DNA of 64,000 nucleotides from an uncultured Candidatus Binatia bacterium (GTDB lineage: Bacteria; Desulfobacterota; Binatia; UBA9968; JAJDTQ01): NCBI GenBank assembly GCA_964291295.2, contig OZ219754.1, positions 1,920,001 to 1,984,000 on the forward strand. Direction: 5' to 3'. The notes beneath the pieces were generated by a model, which saw only the letters and a program-made list of their open reading frames with translations, was not told where the DNA came from and did no database searches. Positions 1-9,471 of this stretch are shown in pieces. The position numbers and the translations under genes were made by a program. Each line of letters starts with the position of its first letter. Within the stretch, counting starts at the first letter, position 1.

Positions 1-1
1 G

Positions 2-811
2 ATGCGCATTGTCGTGATCAATCTCAAGCGTGCCTCGGAACGGCGCGCCCGGATAGCGCGGGAATTCGGCGCGGTCCGCCTTCCCTACGAGATAAAGGAA
101 GCCATTGACGGGCGGATGCTGACGAAAGCGCATCTCGCCCGGGTCGACTGGGAGAGTCTGCGGCGCCTCGGTCTCCCTCCGCCGGCGGATGGCGCCATCG
201 CCCTCTGGCTGACCCAACGGGAAGTATTGCAGGATCTCGTGAAGAGCGGGTCCGAGATCATGGCCATCTTCGAGGATGATGCGCGTCTCAAACCGGCTCT
301 GCCCGGTGTCCTGCGATCTCTCGAGGAAAGGCGTTTCGATTTCGGCGTCGTGGCGTTGAACCGGCACCATCCGAAGCGGCGCTTCTTTCCCTGCGTCCCG
401 CTGACCGACTGTCATGTCGCCGGCCGCGTGCGCTTCTCGGACAGCGGCGGCGAAGGATATGTCATCACACGGTCGGCGGCCCGGCACTTCCTGGAAGCGA
501 CACCCAGGATGATCTGGTCGGTGGATCACGCGATCCTGCGCCATTGGACCAACGGCCTCAACGTGTTCTACGTCGACCCGCCGCTGGTCCATCACGGCGG
601 CGTCCAGGATACGTCCATCGGCACGGACCGCACGGTCTCGCGCCGCCTTTGTGCCGAGGCCCGTTACACGGTCGGTTTCTGGAAGCGTGCGGTCACCGGC
701 GTTTCACGGGGCGTGCAAAAGCGCCTTGCCTTCAGGAGACTGCTGGTGGAGGATCGGCGCGACGTGTCGTTGCCGCTGGCTGGACGCCGGCGGTCCCGCG
801 CGAAGTCCTGA
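2..811 (+). CDS. Glycosyltransferase family 25 (Lex2B/LgtB-like)
   Basis: N-terminal 'VINLKRASERR', 'AIDG', 'IFEDDA' and 'GYVITRSAA' are GT25 motifs. Same length (269 aa) as its paralog at 5173. Confidence 0.88.
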   Translation: MRIVVINLKRASERRARIAREFGAVRLPYEIKEAIDGRMLTKAHLARVDWESLRRLGLPPPADGAIALWLTQREVLQDLVKSGSEIMAIFEDDARLKPALPGVLRSLEERRFDFGVVALNRHHPKRRFFPCVPLTDCHVAGRVRFSDSGGEGYVITRSAARHFLEATPRMIWSVDHAILRHWTNGLNVFYVDPPLVHHGGVQDTSIGTDRTVSRRLCAEARYTVGFWKRAVTGVSRGVQKRLAFRRLLVEDRRDVSLPLAGRRRSRAKS

Positions 812-895
812 GCCGCGAGACAGGACGAACGGGCACCGGCACGACGATGCGGTTTCGGAGGTTCGCGCCGCCGGGAAGGCCCCGGAAGGGATCCC

Positions 896-2167
896 ATGCA
901 CATAAGCCTGGTTATTCCGAATCTCCTGGCCGGCGGCGCGGAACGGATGGTGCTGAATCTGGCCCAGGGTCTGGTGGACCGTGGCCACCGGATCGATATC
1001 GTGCTGATCCATCCCTGGGTGCACTGGGTCAAGGAAGTGCCCGTTCACGCCAGGCTGCTGGTGGTCGAGAAGGCTCGGGCGCGGTTTTCGAACGGCAATG
1101 CGCTTGGCCTGCCTGATGGAGCCGTGCAACTGCCTGCGCCAACAGACAACTTTACCTGGCGGCAGATGGCGCGGGCATTCGATTGGGAGTTGCTGCGCTG
1201 CCGCCCCGACGTCAAGTTGCTGCGGCGGGCTCGCGTCCTGGCCGCCTACATGGCCCGCGAGAGACCCGACTGCGTCCTGCCCGGCCTTCCCAGAGCCAAG
1301 GCGGCGACACTCCTGGCCGGTCGTTTCCTCAAGAAGCATCCACCCATCATACCGATCGTTCACAACAACTACGAACGTCGGCGCGCACGCGACCGGCATA
1401 GACTGCGGCATCTGGCGGGGCAGGCCGCACACGTTGTCGGTGTCTCGAAGGGTGCCTGCGACGTTCTGGTTGCCGTCTTGGGATTGGCGCCCCGGAACCT
1501 CACGACGATATGCAATCCGGTGATCGGCGAAGCCCAGGTTGCGGCAATGGCGGAGCTTCCGGGCCATCCCTGGCTGCGGGACGACGGCGGTGTGCCGGTG
1601 GTGCTCGCGGCCGGACGGCTGCACCGGGTCAAGGATCATGCGACCCTCATCAAGGCCTTCGCCCGGCTCGCGTCGGGTCGCCCGTGCCGTCTGATCATTC
1701 TGGGTGAAGGCCGGGAGAGAAAAAAGCTCGAAGCGCTCGTTCACAGGCTCGGGCTCGATGGCCGGGTGTCGCTCCCCGGTTGGGTGGACAACCCATTTGC
1801 CTACATGTCCCGCGCTTCCCTCCTGGTGGTCTCGTCGATCTACGAGGGCCTCTCGATGGTCCTCGTGGAGGCCTTGGCGTGCGGCTGCCCCTGCGTCAGC
1901 ACGGATTGCCCCGTCGGTCCCGCGGAGGTGCTTCAGGACGGCAGGGTCGGGCCGCTGGTTTCGGTGGGTGACGAGTCGGGGCTGGCGGAGGCCATGGAAC
2001 GCGTCCTCGACCGGCCGCCGGACAAGGCAATGCTGCGGCGGCGGGCACAGGACTTTTCGATGAGTACGGCGGCCGCGGCCTACGAAGGGCTGATCCGCTC
2101 CGTGGTCGCCAACGGTGAAAACGGGTCCAAGGCGCTGGCGGATGACACCGGGGGGGTCCTGCGCTGA
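896..2167 (+). CDS. Glycosyltransferase family 4 (GT-B fold)
   Basis: 'GGAER' N-terminal motif, 'GRLHRVKD', and 'EGLSMVLVEALACG' (E-x7-E). Confidence 0.92.
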   Translation: MHISLVIPNLLAGGAERMVLNLAQGLVDRGHRIDIVLIHPWVHWVKEVPVHARLLVVEKARARFSNGNALGLPDGAVQLPAPTDNFTWRQMARAFDWELLRCRPDVKLLRRARVLAAYMARERPDCVLPGLPRAKAATLLAGRFLKKHPPIIPIVHNNYERRRARDRHRLRHLAGQAAHVVGVSKGACDVLVAVLGLAPRNLTTICNPVIGEAQVAAMAELPGHPWLRDDGGVPVVLAAGRLHRVKDHATLIKAFARLASGRPCRLIILGEGRERKKLEALVHRLGLDGRVSLPGWVDNPFAYMSRASLLVVSSIYEGLSMVLVEALACGCPCVSTDCPVGPAEVLQDGRVGPLVSVGDESGLAEAMERVLDRPPDKAMLRRRAQDFSMSTAAAAYEGLIRSVVANGENGSKALADDTGGVLR

Positions 2168-2341
2168 ATCTGGTGGACGATGGGAGTGGGGATCCCGTGC
2201 AGGATCCCGTGCCGTTGTGTCGTTATCGTGCGTCAACCGCGACTTTTGATCATCCCCGCGTATTGACTTTTGCCTCTCCCCGGCGTAGAGAGGCACGTTA
2301 TCGACAGAGGCATAGCCCGACTGACCAAGGGAGGAATCAAC

Positions 2342-4543
2342 ATGGCGACACCGACGGAGCATCTGGTTGGCAGCGAGGAGACAGTCGATCGGTCCGGCGA
2401 TAACAGCTCGAACCACTTCAAGGCAAGGGACGGTTACGGCGGACCGATGAGCGTCGTGGGAGGGCCACTCCAGGACACCTTCACCGGGGGCCCGGGCAAT
2501 GACTACTTCAAGGATTCCGGCGGCGGCAGCAATGCGCAAGGCGGCAGCGGGCGCGACTATCTTGAAGGCGGCAACGGCGTGAACATCCTGCGCGGAGGCT
2601 GGGGCGACGACATTCTGGTCGGGAACCAGCACGACCAGATCGCCGACCGCCTCTACGGCGGGTATGGAACCGACTATCTGGTTGCGGGCCGGCTCAAGGA
2701 CAGCAACCGGCAGGACGACGGCACCGGCGCGCTGACCGACGCGACGCTTGGCCAAGGGCCGACCTCCAGTGATGCCCCGGATCCGAAAGGAACCGTCCTC
2801 CATGGCGGTGCGTGGGGCGACTTCTTCATCCTGAACCCCGACAGCTATGCCTATATCGAGGACTGGCGGCCCGCATACGACATCATCTACGTGACCGGTA
2901 TCCGGGACGGGGCGGAGATCACCATCACCCACCATCCCGCCGGCCACTACGGGGGCGCCCACTTCCGGATCATGCTCGGCAACAAGGTGCTCGCCGAGGT
3001 CAATTACGGGTCGGATGTCGATCCCGATGACGCCGGTGCCGTCGCGGCGGCGATAGCGGCGATCAAGGAGTACACGCATACCGCGAGCGGGGACTGGATC
3101 AACGGCGACCACGAAGGCAACGCCATTCGGGGCGCCGAGCATGACGACCATCTCTACGGTCACGGCGGCGACGACACGCTCGACGGCGGCGCGGGGGACG
3201 ACGCTCTCACAGGCGGCAAAGGCAACGATGTCCTCCACGGCAGGGACGGTCACGATCGGCTGTTCGGCGGCCACGCCAACGACACGCTTCACGGCGGCGC
3301 GGGCTTCGACACTCTGGACGGCGATGGCGGCAACGACCTGCTCTACGGCGGCGCCGACGACGACGATCTCCACGGCGGTGACGGCCACGACCGGCTCGAC
3401 GGCGGTGCGGGCCGGGATGTGCTCAACGGCGGCGCGGGCCGGGACATCTTCGTGATGAGCGAGGGCAGGAGCAGCGACGGGGCCGCGGACATCATCCAGG
3501 ACTTCAATGTCGATGAGGACTTCATCCGGCTGCCGTTGAGCATCTCGTGGGACGATGTCCGGTTCGTCCGGAGCACGGACACGAGCGGGCCGACCACGCA
3601 TCTGGTCACGGGCACGGGCGGGGCGCAGAAGGTGCTGGCCCGGTTCCAGGGCTTCGAGGACTACACCGCCCAGCAGTTGCAGGAGCTCAAGGGCAAGGTC
3701 GAGTTCATCTGGGACTTCGACCCGAACGAGGTGCTGCCGGATCCGAACGCCGGGAAGACGCTCAAGGGCACGAACAAGAAGGACCTGCTCGTCGGCGGCA
3801 GCGGCAACGACACCATCAAGGGCTTGGGCGCGGCGGATGTGCTCTACGGCCGCGGCGGCAACGACAACCTGTACGGCGGCAACGGCAAGGACACGCTGTA
3901 TGGCGATGAGGGCAATGACCACCTCTTCGGGGATAGCAACAACGACATCCTCCACGGCGGCGCCGGCAACGACACGATCAACGGCGGGAAGAGCGACGAC
4001 CGGCTGTATGGCGAAGACGGCGACGACACGCTCAATGGTGACAACGGCGACGACACGCTGTATGGCGGCGCCGGCAGCGACGAGCTGGACGGCGGCGCCG
4101 GCAACGACCGGCTGGAAGGCGGCGAGGGCAATCTCGATTTTCTGGCCGGCGGCGCGGGCGAAGACCGGCTGTTCGGCAACGGCGGCAACGACCGGCTGGA
4201 GGGCGGAACGGGCGCCGACCGCCTGCATGGCGGCGAAGGCGCCGACGAGTTCATGTTCCGCCGGGGCGACGGCGTCGATGTCATCCTCGACTTCGATGAC
4301 GGGATCGACACCATCCTCTTCCTGGCCCAGACCCAGGCGAGTGCCGGGACCGAAACGAAGTTCCTTTCGTTCTCCAACCTGACGCTGACCGACAGCGAAG
4401 AGGCGGGCGGCGTGGTCATCACGTCGGCCAAGCTCGCAGGCAACGAGATTATCGTCAAGGGCGTGAATTCCGAGCAACTGACGGCCGAGGACTTCGGCTT
4501 CCTGACAGTCGATCAGTACAACGAATACCTCGATATCGGCTGA
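2342..4543 (+). CDS. RTX-type (hemolysin-like) calcium-binding repeat protein, probable T1SS substrate
   Basis: Three blocks of GGxGxDxL nonapeptide repeats, 'DIIQDF'/'DVILDF' motifs, and no N-terminal signal peptide. ATG at 2342 follows GGAGG; the ORF track starts at 2270. Confidence 0.9.
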   Translation: MATPTEHLVGSEETVDRSGDNSSNHFKARDGYGGPMSVVGGPLQDTFTGGPGNDYFKDSGGGSNAQGGSGRDYLEGGNGVNILRGGWGDDILVGNQHDQIADRLYGGYGTDYLVAGRLKDSNRQDDGTGALTDATLGQGPTSSDAPDPKGTVLHGGAWGDFFILNPDSYAYIEDWRPAYDIIYVTGIRDGAEITITHHPAGHYGGAHFRIMLGNKVLAEVNYGSDVDPDDAGAVAAAIAAIKEYTHTASGDWINGDHEGNAIRGAEHDDHLYGHGGDDTLDGGAGDDALTGGKGNDVLHGRDGHDRLFGGHANDTLHGGAGFDTLDGDGGNDLLYGGADDDDLHGGDGHDRLDGGAGRDVLNGGAGRDIFVMSEGRSSDGAADIIQDFNVDEDFIRLPLSISWDDVRFVRSTDTSGPTTHLVTGTGGAQKVLARFQGFEDYTAQQLQELKGKVEFIWDFDPNEVLPDPNAGKTLKGTNKKDLLVGGSGNDTIKGLGAADVLYGRGGNDNLYGGNGKDTLYGDEGNDHLFGDSNNDILHGGAGNDTINGGKSDDRLYGEDGDDTLNGDNGDDTLYGGAGSDELDGGAGNDRLEGGEGNLDFLAGGAGEDRLFGNGGNDRLEGGTGADRLHGGEGADEFMFRRGDGVDVILDFDDGIDTILFLAQTQASAGTETKFLSFSNLTLTDSEEAGGVVITSAKLAGNEIIVKGVNSEQLTAEDFGFLTVDQYNEYLDIG

Positions 4544-4565
4544 GAGCCGACCGGCCAACCGGAAC

Positions 4566-4600
4566 ACGGCGGCCGTTCCTCGACGAGGAACGGCCGCCGT
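4566..4600 (+). terminator. Perfect 16-bp hairpin after the RTX gene (terminator or mRNA-stabilising stem)
   Basis: acggcggccgttcctc-gac-gaggaacggccgccgt, 22 nt after the stop codon. No U-tract. Confidence 0.6.
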
Positions 4601-5172
4601 CAACCATCATCGTAGCCAGAAAGCAAGAGGCGGCGTTGCCGTCCGGCGCCGAAGATCCCGACAGCGGGTGTGATGCAAGGGCGGACAGGCGATACGGAGA
4701 GGGGTGCCTTCGTCCGGCGCGACTTTTCCGGGCCCTCTCCTCATCGCGAGAACCGTTTCCGTTGCGTTTGTCGGTCCGGTTCTCCGCAAGCCATGGAGGG
4801 CTTCGGTCACATGGCGGGCGGTCTCGGCACTCGCATCAAGACACCCGACTCCCGATAGCGGATGGAATCAGGGGGACGGCGCCGCTCCGACCCTCCCCTC
4901 CCACAGCAGCCACCCGGGGTGTCACTCGGATCCGCGCCACCCACCCCGCCCAAGGCACATCCCTCCTCCGCGTCCATGCCATTTGCCTTGTGCTACAGTC
5001 GCGCCCGTGAATCTGTTAACATTCGCCAGGAAGATCTGCCCGGCCGAGGCCGCCGGCCGCGTTCGTGTCGTGCGGCGGATGGCCGGCCGTTGGCCTCGCC
5101 GCGGGAACGGAAGGCCAATGTCGGAGCGGCACCTGAAGCACAGAACGCGCGTATTCAATTGGTGTAATCAAT

Positions 5173-5982
5173 ATGCGTATCTTCGTCATAAATCTGAGAC
5201 GGGCGGTTGAGCGCCGCCGGAGGATCGCCGAGGAGTTCGACCGTCTCGGACTTCCATGGGAACTGCACGATGCGGTGGACTGCGAAGCTCTCCAGCCGGA
5301 GCACCTTGCGCAGGTCGACCATGACTTTCACCGTCGCCTGGGCCACCGCCGGCAGGACCCTGGCTCGATTGCCTGCTGGTTCTCTCATCGGCAGGTGATG
5401 CAGAAGATCGTGGACGAGGGAGAGGACGTGGCCGCCATCTTCGAGGATGATGCCAGGCTTTCGTCCGATGTTCCGAGTGTTCTGCAAGTTCTGGAGCGTC
5501 GCGCTTTTCCCTTCGATATCGTGTCCCTGTATCGACAGAACAAGCACATGAAGCGCCCGTTTGTCGACGCATTCCCCTTGACCGGAACATGTACTCTGGG
5601 GCGGGTTCGTTTCTCCGACGATGGGCTGGTGGGCTATGTCATCACCCGGGAAGCGGCAGAGCACTTTCTGCGCACGGTCACGACCATGACACTGCCCATA
5701 GACAAAGCGGTTCTTTGTTTCTGGATCAGCGGCCTCAACGTTTTCTACGTGAAACACCCACTTGTCGTTCATGGTGGCTATGAGGACTCGTTCATTGAGC
5801 CGGGCCGCCGGGCCGCGCGCGAACTGCGCGCAAGACGGACAACCCGAGTCGCGTGGCGTCGGTTCCTGGATGAAATACACCGCTCCGTGCATCGTCGCGT
5901 TGCCTTTCACCGTTTGCGGCAAGGACAAATTGGTGCAACTGCGCGGGGAGTGAAGGAGTTGCCGGGAATTGAACCCGGATAG
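5173..5982 (+). CDS. Glycosyltransferase family 25, paralog of 2..811
   Basis: 'VINLRRAVERR', 'AVD', 'SIACWFSH', 'IFEDDA', 'GYVITREAA'. Confidence 0.88.
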   Translation: MRIFVINLRRAVERRRRIAEEFDRLGLPWELHDAVDCEALQPEHLAQVDHDFHRRLGHRRQDPGSIACWFSHRQVMQKIVDEGEDVAAIFEDDARLSSDVPSVLQVLERRAFPFDIVSLYRQNKHMKRPFVDAFPLTGTCTLGRVRFSDDGLVGYVITREAAEHFLRTVTTMTLPIDKAVLCFWISGLNVFYVKHPLVVHGGYEDSFIEPGRRAARELRARRTTRVAWRRFLDEIHRSVHRRVAFHRLRQGQIGATARGVKELPGIEPG

Positions 5983-6086
5983 CCGTGCTTCTGTCCGGTC
6001 CACGGGCGCCGCGGCTGCCCGGTCTCCGTGGGCGCCGGCGGCAAGAACAGGCTGGCGGGTGCCGGACGGACAGGGAAGGGTGTGCA

Positions 6087-6977
6087 GTGGCGGAATTCGT
6101 CGATGCGGCCTCGGGCTTGTTCTATCGCATTGCCGCAAGCGGAGCACTGCCGGCGGTATGGTTCCGCGACGTGAACCCGGCCCGCGTGACGCGGGCCAGA
6201 CGGACCGGCAGGCTGTCTCTCGAAATCGTCACGCACTGCTGGCGATACGGCCACTTTCTGACCTACCAGCTCAGCTCTCTCGTCAACCACCGCACCGACA
6301 AACTCGACGTCACCATGACCGTGTACCATGCGCCGGACGACGCCTCGGTCCTGCCGGTGCTGCGGTTCTTCGAAGGTATGGACGTACCGGGAGTTTCATG
6401 GTGCTGGCGGTCACTGACTCCGGAACGCCTGTTCCGCCGCAGCATCGGCCGCAACCTTGCCGCCCGCGCCACCAAGGCCGACTGGATCTGGTTTACCGAC
6501 GCCGACATCGTGTTTCACCAAGACTGTCTCGCCACGCTGGCGGACGTGTTGCAGGGAAGGGACGACGCACTGGTGCATCCCGGGACGATCCGCGCCACGT
6601 CGCTGTTGCCCGAGCACCACGAGATCCTGACCCACGGCCGCACCGCCCCGGCCGTGCGCGAAATCCCCATCCGGGAATTCCGCCCGTACAATGGAATCCA
6701 CCACAAGGCCAAGGGGCCTTTTCAGATCACCCATGGCGACATGGCGCGGGCTCTGGGCTACTGCGGTTCCATCGGCCTCTATCAGCGGCCTGCGCCGCGC
6801 TGGCGCAAGACCTACGAAGACCGGGCGTTCCGTTGGCTTCTGGGAACGGACGGTACGCCGCTGAACATTCCCGGCGTCTGCCAGATCCGCCACGCCGTCA
6901 AGGGCCGGTACCGGGAGGGCTCGACCGCCGGCAGGCTGCGATCCTTCATACGTCGAAGCCGGGACCGCCGGTGGTGA
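6087..6977 (+). CDS. Glycosyltransferase family 2-like (GT-A fold)
   Basis: 'RSIGRNLAA' and the DxD motif in 'WIWFTDADIVF'. Start uncertain (GTG 5985 or 6087). Confidence 0.75.
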   Translation: MAEFVDAASGLFYRIAASGALPAVWFRDVNPARVTRARRTGRLSLEIVTHCWRYGHFLTYQLSSLVNHRTDKLDVTMTVYHAPDDASVLPVLRFFEGMDVPGVSWCWRSLTPERLFRRSIGRNLAARATKADWIWFTDADIVFHQDCLATLADVLQGRDDALVHPGTIRATSLLPEHHEILTHGRTAPAVREIPIREFRPYNGIHHKAKGPFQITHGDMARALGYCGSIGLYQRPAPRWRKTYEDRAFRWLLGTDGTPLNIPGVCQIRHAVKGRYREGSTAGRLRSFIRRSRDRRW

Positions 6978-7237
6978 CTCCCGGGGAGTCCGCGCCGCAG
7001 AGAACTTCGGTGGGACAGGGATCCATCAGGATGGATCCACCAGAGCACCCACGGGTGTTGCCGCCCGATTCGTCTCCGCCAGCGGGACCAGGCGGCAAAC
7101 CGCGGACATTCCCGGACGAGTCTCCGGACATCTTCCGCCGCCAGCCGCCTCCCGAAGCGTTCCGCGCCGCGGCGGCTCCCGGCGAAAATGTGCCGGATTC
7201 CGTTGCATCGTGACCCGCCGATTCGGGCCGCCGGGCC

Positions 7238-8266
7238 TCAGCGCGCCTCCCGGTACAGATCCAGGGCCTTCATCACCGGGGCATCGCTCATGGAGAGAAG
7301 GAGTGCGTCGGTGTCCGAGGAGGTGTTGGCGTGGGCGTGCTGGCTCCACAGCGGCACCACGAAGGAGTCTCCCTGCCGCCACTCGAACACCTGGCCGCCG
7401 ATGATGGAGGTGCCGGCGCCCCGGTACGCATGGTAGAGGACGGTGCTGGTGTGCCGGTGCGGCAGGGTCTCGTATCCCGGCTCCAGGAGCTGGACGGCGC
7501 ACTGGATGGTGGGCATGGTGGGGCCGCCGGTGACGGGGTTCCGGAACTCCAGCAGATAGCCGTCGCAGGCATCGCGGCCCGATCCTGACCGTCTGAGCCG
7601 CTCAAGGCTGCGTTCGGTGTCGGCCCACTTGTAATGGAAGAACGGCCTGGGGGGCGCCAGCGCCGGTCGGGCGTGGCCGTAGAACCCCGCCACGTCGTCG
7701 CTGGTGGCCTCCACGGTCTGCCGCTCCCGGGGGCAGGATTCGAAGAAAAGCTGGTGCAGCGCCTGGGTCAGCGGGATGTCGAGTCCGTCGAGCCAGAGAA
7801 TGGGCTTGCCCGACTCGTTGACGTGGTCGTGCCACGCGAGTTGAGGCGTCAGGATGAGGTCGCCTTCCTCCATCACGCATTGCTGGCCGTTGACCCGGGT
7901 GTACGCATCCCGGCCCTCGAGCACGAAGCGGAAGGCCGCGGCCGTGTGCCTGTGGGTGCGCGCGTACTCTCCGTGCTTCACGTACTGGAACGAGAAATGG
8001 ATGGTGTGGGTGGTGCCGTGGCCACCGGGGATGCCGGGATTCAGGAGCCGCACGGTGCGGCGTTCCGCGTCTGCGAGATTCACGACCTCCCCGGCCCGGA
8101 GGAGGCTCTGGTGGACGTCCTCCCAGCGCCACAGGTGGGGCTGCACATGGGTGACGGGATAGGGGGGCAGATCCTCCAGACCCAGGCTCCAGTGGCCTTC
8201 GAGCCACTTCTCGCTCATGTCGCGGTCGAGTTGCTCAATGGAATCGACGATGCGCTGCTGTTTCAT
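7238..8266 (-). CDS. Gentisate 1,2-dioxygenase-like bicupin ring-cleavage dioxygenase
   Basis: 'AERRTVRLLNPG', 'HRHTAAAFRF', 'WHDH', 'WLDGLDIP', 'NPVTGGPTMPTI' and a second 'HRHT'. ATG at 8266 follows a purine-rich RBS. Confidence 0.85.
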   Translation of the reverse strand: MKQQRIVDSIEQLDRDMSEKWLEGHWSLGLEDLPPYPVTHVQPHLWRWEDVHQSLLRAGEVVNLADAERRTVRLLNPGIPGGHGTTHTIHFSFQYVKHGEYARTHRHTAAAFRFVLEGRDAYTRVNGQQCVMEEGDLILTPQLAWHDHVNESGKPILWLDGLDIPLTQALHQLFFESCPRERQTVEATSDDVAGFYGHARPALAPPRPFFHYKWADTERSLERLRRSGSGRDACDGYLLEFRNPVTGGPTMPTIQCAVQLLEPGYETLPHRHTSTVLYHAYRGAGTSIIGGQVFEWRQGDSFVVPLWSQHAHANTSSDTDALLLSMSDAPVMKALDLYREAR

Positions 8267-8372
8267 GCCTCTCCCCTTCCGTCCGTCCATGCGAACCGCG
8301 GGGACAGGATAGCGCACCGGCCGGACAAGTGAAATGGCTCCGCTGGCGGGCGGCGCCCCGGAATCGGCATGA

Positions 8373-8389
8373 CGGGCACGCTCGTTGCA
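8373..8389 (+). promoter_or_regulatory. Putative sigma-54 (-24/-12) promoter for the cyclodeaminase-M20 pair
   Basis: GGCACG-ctcg-TTGCA with exact GG-N10-GC spacing (GG 8375-8376, GC 8387-8388), about 60 nt upstream of ATG 8448. Confidence 0.5.
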
Positions 8390-8447
8390 ATTGCCGGCGC
8401 TGCCCGATATGTCATCCCTTTCGTCTCCGAACACGCGAGGAAGCCGC

Positions 8448-9425
8448 ATGCGGGTCATCTCCGGGGAACAGGTGCGGGGTCTTCTGGATCCGGACGAGCT
8501 GATCGCCGCGCTGGAGCGGGCACACATCCAGTTCTCGGCGGGCAGGGTGGTGATGCCGGTGCGCCTGGTGGTGCCGCTGCCGGAGATTCAGGGCCGGATC
8601 AGCAGCATGCCCGCGTTCATGAGCGAGGGAAGGGCGCTGGGCATCAAGACCATCTCCTATTTCCGGGACAATCCGAAGCAGGGGCTGCCGCCCATCCTGG
8701 CCACCATCTCGCTCTACAGCGCCGAGAGCGGCAAGCTGCTGGTGTTGATGGACGGCGTCCATGTCACGGCCCTCCGCACCGCGTGCGCGTCCGCCATGGC
8801 GACCCGGGCACTGGCGCGTCCCGAAACGCCGGTTCTGGGAGTGTTGGGCGCGGGCACACAGGCCCGCACCCACATCCGGGCGCTGAGCCGGGTACGTGCC
8901 ATTGAGCGGGTGCTCATCTGGAGCCCGTCGCGGGTCAGCGCGATTTACGTCAAGGAGGAGCTGGAGGACGAGCTGGGCTTCCCCATCAAGCCCCAGGAGT
9001 CCGCCGAGGCGGTGGTCCGCCAGGCCGATATCCTGACCACGGTGACGGACGCCTCCGAGCCGGTTCTCGAGGCCGCATGGCTGAAGCCGGGCGTTCATGT
9101 CAATGCCGTGGGTTCCCACCGGCCCGATGCCCGGGAGATGGGCGGCGACACGGTCCGGCGGGCGACGGTGGTGGTGGACTCCCTGGACGCCGTCCGCGCC
9201 GAGTGCGGCGACATCCTGCTGGCCCTCCAGGAGGGCGCCATCACCCCGGACCATGTGCGCGGCGAGATCGGCGACGTGCTGGCGGGCGCCAGGCCGGGAC
9301 GCACCCGCGACGACGAGATCACCCTGTACAAATCGGTGGGCATCGCGGCGCAGGACGTGGCCGCGGCCAGCCTGGTCTACCGGCGGGCGCTGGAGCAGGG
9401 CGTCGGCACCGAGGTGGAGATATAG
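8448..9425 (+). CDS. Ornithine cyclodeaminase / mu-crystallin family protein
   Basis: 'TALRTACAS', Rossmann motif 'GAGTQA', 'HVNAVGS', 'YKSVGIAAQD'. Confidence 0.92.
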   Translation: MRVISGEQVRGLLDPDELIAALERAHIQFSAGRVVMPVRLVVPLPEIQGRISSMPAFMSEGRALGIKTISYFRDNPKQGLPPILATISLYSAESGKLLVLMDGVHVTALRTACASAMATRALARPETPVLGVLGAGTQARTHIRALSRVRAIERVLIWSPSRVSAIYVKEELEDELGFPIKPQESAEAVVRQADILTTVTDASEPVLEAAWLKPGVHVNAVGSHRPDAREMGGDTVRRATVVVDSLDAVRAECGDILLALQEGAITPDHVRGEIGDVLAGARPGRTRDDEITLYKSVGIAAQDVAAASLVYRRALEQGVGTEVEI

Positions 9426-9471
9426 CGGCCGGGCGGTCCGTCCCGGGCATCACCCGCACGGCCGATTCCCC

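Noticed and set aside
704-4603. 1299-aa minus-strand ORF, and similar long antisense ORFs (14076-16670, 32518-34647, 36396-39476, 41415-43337, 47631-49550, 50457-52838, 58314-60125)
   Set aside because: Shadow frames of well-supported genes on the opposite strand in high-GC DNA, with no recognisable motifs.
4601-5172. ncRNA, riboswitch or small gene in the 570-nt gap after the RTX gene
   Set aside because: No recognisable riboswitch consensus or credible ORF. An Rfam/Infernal search would be needed to exclude one.
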